A stretch of 64,000 nt of DNA from Candidatus Yonathbacteria bacterium. Lineage in GTDB: Bacteria; Patescibacteriota; Minisyncoccia; Phycocordibacterales; JACNGX01. Of the stretch, positions 1 through 8,800 are shown one piece after another (the first letter of the stretch is position 1; each line of letters starts with the position of its first letter). The translations under genes and the position numbers were made by a program. The stretch covers positions 37,167 through 101,166 of the forward strand of contig JAAXWR010000003.1 in NCBI GenBank assembly GCA_013334825.1, read 5' to 3'. The notes beneath the pieces were generated by a model, which did not search any database, was not told the DNA's origin, and worked only from the letters and a program-made list of their open reading frames with translations.

Positions 1-422
1 CACCCGAATCACTTGAAGCAGCATATAGTGCATACCCACAGGCACGCAAAATCTGTGTGCTCGGTTCGACCGGAGGTGGACGCGATACATGGAAACGTCC
101 TCGTATGGGTGAGATTGCTGACAAACACTGTGCACATATTATCCTCACCGATGAAGACCCGTATGACGAAAATCCTGATACGATTGTCGCTGACGTACGC
201 ACTGGTATAACACACGTCCCGTGCGAAATCATCATGAATCGTCGTGCTGCCATCGCCCATGCATGTAAACTCGCGCAACAAGGAGACGTGGTGTATATTA
301 CAGGGAAAGGTACGGACCCGTACATCATGGGGAAAAACGGTACAAAAACTCCATGGGACGATGCGTCTATCGCTCGTGAAGAACTTTCTCATATCCTAAC
401 CAATTCCCAACATACCCTATGA
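1..422 (+). CDS. murE: UDP-N-acetylmuramyl-tripeptide synthetase (Mur ligase), C-terminal part, 5'-truncated by window edge
   Basis: Frame open from base 3; Mur ligase C-terminal motifs GSTGGGRD..KRP.MG, TDEDPYDE, NRRAAI, GDVVYITGKG. Confidence 0.85.
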   Translation, partial: PESLEAAYSAYPQARKICVLGSTGGGRDTWKRPRMGEIADKHCAHIILTDEDPYDENPDTIVADVRTGITHVPCEIIMNRRAAIAHACKLAQQGDVVYITGKGTDPYIMGKNGTKTPWDDASIAREELSHILTNSQHTL

Positions 423-1318
423 GTATTCCCCATACGCATACATTTCTACGAACAACTGGCGGTGGCATGCTTTTAGATGTGCTCATTGTTATCGCTGTTG
501 TTATCGCACTCTGGTTCGCATGGGTCGCAGTAGGAGGTCCTGCTCAATTCGCAGCTTCTCCCGAAGGACTGTTTCTCGATGCACCAACATCTGAAACATC
601 GACCAACAACACTGGAGAAGACGCCTTCCAAAATAATTTTTGGCATACAGAAAAACAAACATCGACTCAATCTCCCCTTGCTGCATATGTCACCATGCGT
701 GTAAATGCCCCTGGTGGAATTGCAGATGCTGAATATGTTGAAATTGCTCTTTCCTCTTCGTCTCCCACATCAATGACATTGACTGGGTGGACAATCACTT
801 CGTCATCACTTCACAAAACATTTACTATTGGAAATGGAATTTCTGTCCTTCACCAAGGTATCTCAGGAGCTCCAGAAAACATTGTCCTTGAGCCCGGCAT
901 GCATGCATATATTATCTCAGGACGTTCTCCTGTCGGTGCTTCATTTCGGACAAATATCTGCTCAGGATTTCTTTCTGCATATCAAACATTCACCCCGCCA
1001 CTTGACATGTCATGTCCCCCAGCACAAGCACTCATTGGGAGAAATGCCAGTCCTGATACTGCGTGCATTTCCACAATCGAGTCCCTTCCACGGTGCTCTG
1101 CTACTCCTCGAAACACAACCGTATCCGCATCATGTCTTGCGACAATCAAAGAGCGTGTCTCGTACAACACCTGTGTCTCAATGTTTGAAAAACGCCCAGA
1201 TTTCTCTGGACCACTATGGTATATCTATGCCGGTTCTCTTTCTTCGTTCTGGTGGTCATCTGATATACTCACACTCTCTGACGACACTGGACAAACCGTT
1301 GCATCACTCTCTTTCTAA
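419..1318 (+). CDS. Membrane-anchored Cys-containing extracellular protein (lamin-tail/Ig-like segment)
   Basis: N-terminal TM; EYVEI...LTGWTI motif; paired Cys; start overlaps murE stop (ATGA). Confidence 0.6.
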   Translation: MSIPHTHTFLRTTGGGMLLDVLIVIAVVIALWFAWVAVGGPAQFAASPEGLFLDAPTSETSTNNTGEDAFQNNFWHTEKQTSTQSPLAAYVTMRVNAPGGIADAEYVEIALSSSSPTSMTLTGWTITSSSLHKTFTIGNGISVLHQGISGAPENIVLEPGMHAYIISGRSPVGASFRTNICSGFLSAYQTFTPPLDMSCPPAQALIGRNASPDTACISTIESLPRCSATPRNTTVSASCLATIKERVSYNTCVSMFEKRPDFSGPLWYIYAGSLSSFWWSSDILTLSDDTGQTVASLSF

Positions 1319-1815
1319 GAGTGTTCGAATATTTGGTCTGCGACAGCATACAGTGCAATCCCCGCAGCAACAGACACATTGAGTGATTCTTTACTTCCTC
1401 GCATAGGAATTTCAATCAATATATCGCACAGTGACTTTGCCGAAGACGACAATCCTCGTACCTCATTCCCCATAATAAGACATGCTTTGGACGCTTGAGG
1501 TATCGCTCGATACGATACTGCACAAGAATCTTGCTCCACGCCAACAATCGTCCATCCATCTTTTTTGAGACGAGAAACAAGAGTGGTCAAACCAGAAACA
1601 CGTTCCCACTGTACATGATTTTCCGCACCAAGTGCGGTCTTTTGAAAATCCTTACGCAATCGGTCAAAACGATCGTGCGGTCCGGGAGTATATCCAGAAA
1701 GATACACTGTCGAAGCCCCTGCACCATCTGCGGTGCGAAATACCGACCCAACATTGTGTATACTTCGTATATTGTGTAATACAATAGCTAGGTCTTTTCC
1801 TTCTTCTCTCAACAT
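1315..1815 (-). CDS. TrmH/SpoU family RNA 2'-O-methyltransferase
   Basis: LHNIRS.HNVGSVFRTAD, MGNEV.GL, IPMRG.KESLNVSVAAGI. Confidence 0.9.
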   Translation of the reverse strand: MLREEGKDLAIVLHNIRSIHNVGSVFRTADGAGASTVYLSGYTPGPHDRFDRLRKDFQKTALGAENHVQWERVSGLTTLVSRLKKDGWTIVGVEQDSCAVSYRAIPQASKACLIMGNEVRGLSSSAKSLCDILIEIPMRGSKESLNVSVAAGIALYAVADQIFEHS

Positions 1816-1865
1816 AGTACACTTAATCATACGTTCCTTTATCTAAAAAGCAAGGAATATCTCTT

Positions 1866-2276
1866 ATGACAATACTTTCTTTTTTTCCTTTCCTATTTTC
1901 TTTTTCATTATTTGCACCACTTCTATTACGTGTTGCAACTGGTATTGTGTTTTTTCGTCTTGGGTGCACCGCGGTACGTGCCAAACGTACAGAACTACAC
2001 ACTCTTCTTATCCCTTACACAAAAACATATACGCGAACAAGTATCTTGATTATCGGAACACTTGAATGTATTGGCGGAACACTTCTCTTTTTTGGTCTCT
2101 TTACTCAGTTAGCAGCGCTCATCCTTCTTATTATTACTCTCGGGGGGTTATTCATGAAATACCGTTTTCCTGACTTACTTCCTCACCAATTATCGTTTCT
2201 TTCACTTCTTGTTGTTGTCCTTCTGTCTCTTCTCCTTTCGGGACCTGGGGCATTCGCGATTGACCTACCTCTTTAA
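1866..2276 (+). CDS. DoxX family membrane protein
   Basis: LLLRVATGIVF, GLFTQLAA, C-terminal SGPGAFAID. Confidence 0.8.
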   Translation: MTILSFFPFLFSFSLFAPLLLRVATGIVFFRLGCTAVRAKRTELHTLLIPYTKTYTRTSILIIGTLECIGGTLLFFGLFTQLAALILLIITLGGLFMKYRFPDLLPHQLSFLSLLVVVLLSLLLSGPGAFAIDLPL

Positions 2277-2324
2277 TTTTGGTATCGTATTCGTTGCGGC
2301 GCATGAAGCGTCGCATTTCCCCAT

Positions 2325-2397
2325 CCGCCCGTAGCTCAGTTGGTAGAGCAGTGGCCTTTTAAGCCAACGGTCGAAGGTTCGAGCCCTTCCGGGCGGA
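2325..2397 (+). tRNA. tRNA-Lys (anticodon TTT)
   Basis: Acceptor CCGCCCG/CGGGCGG, D-arm TAGCTCAGTTGGTAGAGC, anticodon loop CTTTTAA, T-arm GAAGG-TTCGAGC-CCTTC; CCA not encoded. Confidence 0.96.
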
Positions 2398-2400
2398 CAA

Positions 2401-2766
2401 GAAAACACCCCCTTGTGGGGTGTTTTCGCGTCCGCCCGGAGCAAGCCAACTGCTTGGCTTGCGTAAGGGCTCGAACGGCGGAGCATGTCTGAGCGACTTG
2501 TCGCGAAGACAGCGAGCCACGTCCCGCGGTACTTATCAGAATGCGAGCATTGGCGAAGCATTATGATTAGTAACCGCGGAACGAGCCCTTCCGGGCGAAC
2601 CCAGCTCCACTTTCATAACAGACGCATGTATATCACATGCGTCTGTTATGTTATTGAGGTATATTTCATACATTCACATTGTATATGAAAGTGGGGCTGG
2701 GTTGCCTGGCGCGAAGCAAGCAGTTGCTTCGCGCCTGTCTGCCGTTAGGCAGATAAGGACTTGAAC
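2401..2766. repeat. tRNA-derived nested palindromic element: direct and inverted copies of the tRNA-Lys 3' end with inserted hairpins
   Basis: Inverted copy 2431-2476 split by hairpin GCAAGCCAA-CTGC-TTGGCTTGC; direct copy GAGCCCTTCCGGGCG 2583-2597; degenerate second inverted copy ~2700-2766 split by CGCGAAGCAA-GCAG-TTGCTTCGCG. Confidence 0.85.
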
Positions 2767-2818
2767 AACAACAAACAGACGCCACCTCTACAATACTGGA
2801 ATAATGTCCTCTTGTTGT

Positions 2819-5800
2819 TTATATAGACTCTAAAACTGGAACCTCTCCTTGGACAGGTTGCTCAGCGGGTACAGAGATTTCCGGATTCGCCGGTACCTCC
2901 ACCACCACATCAGGGACAATAGAAACTTCCTGCGTTGCATCAAGAATAGGAAGAACATCTTGTGTTGGAGCAACTGTCTCGGTTACAGGAGGAAGTTGCT
3001 CCACCGCCGGAGCATCTGTTGTTCCCCCATTTCCCGTATTCATCCCCCGTTGTTCCAACAAAGTGCGTAGTTGTTCTTTTGTGACACAGACATCCTCAAG
3101 ACACAATTCTTTTGTCTCAACACGTTCAGATTTAAACACCTTCGCTGTTATTGAGGCAATACCATTTCCTGCGTCAGATAGCCACGTGTTTATACGTTCC
3201 AAAAGACGTCCAATAAGTGTTTTTCCTTCCTCTTTTACAACTGGTTCGTCAACAAAATTATTAAAACGCTCATTTATTGCCTGAAAGCCAAGCACCATAT
3301 AGCCAAGTGTATTCGTTGGATTTGTCATCGACCCGTTATATTGTGTCGCCCAAGGAGACTCATCTCCCATCACACCCATATATTCTGTGATAGTATCACC
3401 TGTGCCCATCCCCTCTTTATAATGAAAACGATAAATGTTTGTGGACAAGAGTGTTTCTAACGCTTCTTGCGGATCCTCTATGAGTTCTTCAATATGTTTA
3501 ATATCACGTCCTGCATCGGCTGTATTTCCTCCCCACCAAACAGATTGGACCATAACCATAATTTTTCCTACTTCTCCAGATTCTCCATCATAGGCATCAA
3601 GTGCACGTCCAATAACCTGTCCAGGTCCAATTGCTTTCATCGCAACGCCCGCTTGAGAGGATGACGTTATATAATCACCTCTTCGAATTGGACCGTTTTC
3701 CAAGGAAACTTTTGTGGGAACATGCCCAAGAAGCCCAACATTAACATATTGTTCTGGTGAGTCATATTTTGTTCCTTCTTCATTATCGTTCCAACGAGAC
3801 CCTGTTTCTGAAACAACACCTATAACAAAAGCATCACTTGAGGCATCACAACGCTTTACCGCATCATCACGCTCAGAACTTAAACAAACAACCTCACCAA
3901 AATCAAAGGGTTCACCTTCTTCATTATCAAAAAACTCTGAAAGATCACCTGCCCCATCATTCCATATAAAATATCGATTTCCATTCGATTGATAGTAAAT
4001 ACGATTTGAAGCTGAAACACGCGCAATCCCAAACTCTCCATCATTGGAAAAAGCCGGTGCAGAAGTCCCATAGGACGTTCGCATAACATAATTTCCCCCC
4101 GTGGAAATTGTTCCATTAACAGTAACCGCATCAGAAAAAGTGAACCCGGACGACGTGCCAGTCGCATCCAGCGTCACCATTCCTCCTGAAGAAACAACCA
4201 TTGAAAGATAATTTGAGGCATCATAGCCAAGACGAAACTGCTCAGTCGTTCCAAGCACATGAAGAAATGCTGAGGGACTCGTCGTCCCGATCCCCACATT
4301 CCCCGACGAATCAATCACAAGGCGGTCGTTCGTGCCGAGAGCAGAGCCACCGGAAATCTTGAACTTGTCGGAATCAGAATCATCGACACCCATCGTGAAG
4401 ATATTGGTCGTTCCGTCGACGAGCTGGAATCCGATCTGAGGATCATAATTTCCGGCATTGGTGTTCCCGATGGAGAGTTGGGTGTTGGAAGCGGTGGCAG
4501 AGAGGATATCGAGAACGGAATCGGGTGTCATATCGCCAAGGCCGAGATAATTATTGGTCGCATCCCAGAAGAACCCGTCGGCATCGTAGGTGAGAGCCGA
4601 GGAGGAAGACCAGTACGGGATATGTCCTGCAGCGCCAGTGCCGGTCGGATAGGAAGCGGTATCCCACGAAAGGGTGCCCCCACTATTGCGAAGGACACCA
4701 TTTGCACTTGTGGTCGGGAGGGTGTAGGTGATATTTGCAGACTGGGCACCGGCCTGGAAGATGGTGGCATAGGAGCCGCTTTGGATGCCGAAGGTGCCGG
4801 CGATGCGGGCATCGCCTCCCGATGGAGTGATGACCAAGTCACCTCCCGAGTTCGTCTGGAAGTCGGTATAGACCGAGCCGCCGGTGTAGGTGAGACGGAG
4901 TTGAGGGTTCGTGGCATCGAGGACGTCGAGACGACGGTCGGGGGCGATGGTGCCGATACCGACATTGCCTTTGAGTACCGTCGTAACGATAGAGTCATTC
5001 CCCAAGACCACCGTATTGCTCCCCAAGCCGATAGCCGAAGCCCCAATAACAATCTCATTGCTTCCCCCTGCCACCGAAGCACGAGTGTCATAGCCGAGGA
5101 AGAGGGAGTTGTTGGAGGTTTGGTTAGCAGTGGAGCCATTGGCGAGGTAGCGACCTGCGTTCGCCCCTATCGCGGAGTTCTGATACCCTGTCGTGTTGGA
5201 GCGGAGGGCTTCCCTCCCTATCGCGGAGTTGTTATACCCTGTGGTATTGTTTTGGAGAGCGTACGACCCTATCGCGGAGTTCTGAAACCCCGTCGTGTTG
5301 GAAGTCAAAGCACTCTGTCCGATACCTGTATTGTACGAAGCGTGAGCCGTCAGTGTCGCCGTAGACCCCATACTGAAGTTCCCTGCATTGATACCGATGA
5401 AGGTATTTCCCCCTTCCGTCGTAATCCCACCGCCATTCAAGCCATAATTGAAGTTATGGATGAAGCGGTCAGAGCCTTTGTAGATAATGCCGTATTCAGA
5501 TGCATGAGTGGTGTTGTCAATCCGAACATTGCCCGAAGCGATGTCTAGTTTCTGTGCAGGCGAAGTGGTGCCGATACCGACATTGCCACCACCTTTCATC
5601 AACAATAGATTGCTATATCCACTAGCAACATTTGCAACTTCAAAGGAACTTAACCAACCAGTGCCGGTGCTAAAATAATATCCACCTAATTTATTAGTTC
5701 CGGGAGAGGCTGCTCCGGAAATAAGAGAATATCCACCATTACTTGAACCTCCATAAACTCCAGCTGGAATATCTCCACTTCCAGCATAATCACCTGTGAA

Positions 5801-8800
5801 TTGAAGTTTGTTTGAGCTTCCAACTGTCACTTGCGCACCGCTTGCTGAAGCAAGAATACTTCCGCTTACCTCCAATTTTGCATTTGGACCTGTCGTCCCG
5901 ATCCCCACCTTTCCATCGGCAAGCACCGTAACTCTATCCGCTCCCGCCGTCTGCAAGCGCAACACATCATCTGAAGCCTCATAGAAGCCCGTGTCCCCGT
6001 CGCCGAAAGCAAGCCCCGTGGAAAGAGCCCCCGTCCCGCCGTTTAGGTGGAGTTTCGCAAGGGGAGAGTCTACCCCCACCCCCACATTCCCCCGCAAAGC
6101 CGTCGTCGTGATACTGCTATTCCCCAAGACCACGCTATTGCTCCCCAAGCCGATAGCCGAAGCCCCGATAACAATCTCATTACTCCCCCCTGCCGCCAAA
6201 GCACGGGTTTCGTTTCCGAAGAAGAGAGAGTTGTTGGAGGTTTCGTTGCTAGAGACATCGGCGAGATAGCGACCTGCATATCGTCCAACCGCCACGTTAT
6301 TACTACCAGTCGTATTATTATAGAGTGAGCCATGACCGATAGCGACGTTTGCAGAACCAGTAGTGTTGCTATTTAAAGACCTAGACCCAAATGCTAAGTT
6401 TAAGTTTCCAGTCGTATTACTTGGAAGCGCAGAGTTCCCAACTGCAGTATTGTATGAAGCTTGAGAAGCCGATGTCGCCGTACTTCCCATTGTAAAGTTC
6501 CCCGCATTGATACCGATAAAGGTGTTATACCCTTCCGTCGTCACCCCACCACCATTCAACCCATAATTGAAGTTATGGATGAAGCGGTCAGAGCCTTTGT
6601 AGATAATGCCGTATTCAGATGCATGAGTGGTGTTGTCAATCCGAACATTGCCCGAAGCGATGTCGAGTTTTTGTGCAGGCGAAGTGGTGCCGATGCCGAC
6701 ATTGCCTTTGAGTACCGTCGTAACGATAGAGTCATTCCCCAAGACCACGCTATTGCTCCCCAAGCCGATAGCATTTGCCCCAATCACAATCTCATTACTC
6801 CCCCCTGCCACCAAAGCGCGGGTGTCATTGCCGAGGAAGACGGAGTTATTGGAGGCTTGGTTAGCAGTGGAGCCATCGGCGAGGTAGCGACCCGCTTGAT
6901 ACCCTAATCCAAAGTTATTCGACCCTGACGTGTTAGCGAAGAGTGCGTACGCACCTATCGCGGAGTTTCGATACCCAGTCCCATTGGAATAGAGGGCGTA
7001 CGCACCTATCGCGGAGTTGTAAAATCCTGTCGCGTTAGCAGCCAAAGCACTCTGTCCGATACCTGTATTGTATGAGGCGTGAGACGTCAGTGTCGCCGTA
7101 GACCCCATACTGAAGTTCCCCGCATTGATACCGATAAAGGTGTTATACCCTTCCGTCGTCACCCCACCACCATTCAACCCATAATTGAAGTTATGGATGA
7201 AGCGGTCAGAGCCTTTGTAGATGATGCCGTATTCAGATGCATGAGTGGTGTTGTCAATCCGAACATTGCCCGAAGCGATGTCGAGTTTTTGCAGTGGGTT
7301 GGTGGTGCCGATGCCGACGTTGCCTGAAGTATCCAACGCTAACAAAGTCGAAGCGCTATTCCAGTCATTGCCCACACGAAAATGTATCGGCGTAGGAGTT
7401 CCTGTTCCAGTCCTATCAGATGCAATAACATGAGATCCATCTGCCGTCCCAACCGCAATGAGTCTGTTCGCATTAGATGCTTTCGCAAGAAACTCAAATG
7501 AATATCCTATACCAGTCGTTCTATTGGAAGTTAGCTTAAATGTCGGATATGTTGCAGCTTGTGGCTGAATACTAAAATTATTACCATTAGGTCTCACGGT
7601 CAAATCTCCACCAGAACCAACGGTAAATTTAACATTATTTGTGGCATCATATCCCAATCTTAATTGCTCACTAGAAGATATTGCCTCCAACATTGCTCCA
7701 GGACTCGTCGTCCCAATCCCCACCTTGCCGTCAGTAAGCACCGTCACCCTATCTGCCCCCGCGGTTTGAAGTCGTAACACGTCATCGCTAGACTCATAAA
7801 ACCCAGTGTCCCCGTCGCCGAAAGCAAGTCCTCCTCCTGTAAGTGCGTACGAATTACCCGCGATAGTAAGAGCTCCCCGCAACCATGCGTCACCCGTTTC
7901 TTTTATTGAAAAACGTGGAGTGCCCGCGACACCAATACCTAAAAGATACGAATTCGCCAGAGGGGCTGTTGGGTTGACCAATAACGAAGCTTTCCCGTAT
8001 GTCGTATCTATTGGTTCAAAATTAAATATCGCTTGTCCCGCGGTAGAAATAGTATCCACAACCATATTTGTCGCATAAACATTGTTGAAACGTTTTGACA
8101 GGGAACCAATATCTGAAGCCACATCAGTTTCTGGATACAAATTTCTTCCCACGACAATATTACCAAGAGCTTCGATGCCATTCTCTACAAAAAGAGAGTG
8201 CTCTTGTGCTAATGGAGTAAGGAGTGTAAGAGGTGTAGCGGATGATGATCCTACCGTCGTAAGCCCTATCGTATCAAACCCAATACGCGCAAATCCACTT
8301 ACTGTCGCCGTATCGACACCTGTCTCACCAGCAGTAACGGAGAAGTTTCCAGTGGATGTAATATCAGAAAATTCGGCGTTGGGAATAATAATTAAAGACG
8401 GCGTTACTGTCATGGACGTCGTATCATCATATACTGTCATTGAATTCCTCACATGTATACCTGATACCACATCAAGTGCCCCCGAGATATAAACATCGCC
8501 TGTTCCATCAATGCCTCGCGTCGAAACACCAGGGCCAACAGAAAGCAACCCTGTCGTAGTATCAATCGTAAGCACATCCGCAAGAGATACGTCTCCCGTA
8601 ACAGATAAGTCTCCTGTAAAAGAAGCTGCCCCTTCCACGGAAACATCTCCCGAAAATGAACCCACCGTACCAGTGATTGACCCTTCAAACGTAGACGCTA
8701 TGATATTCGCACGCGAAATATCTACTCCAGAAAGTTTATCCACGCGCTGAGTAAGTGCAATGGTGCGGAAATTGTCTCCTGTCACCGTGGAAACCTTCGC

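Noticed and set aside
4478-5548. 356-aa plus-strand ORF and similar long antisense ORFs (17824-18606, 35325-36119)
   Set aside because: Shadow frames of well-supported genes on the opposite strand
4960-7325. Diversity-generating retroelement TR/VR pair in the fibre gene repeats
   Set aside because: Differences between copies are not adenine-specific, all copies are in-frame coding, and there is no reverse transcriptase in the window
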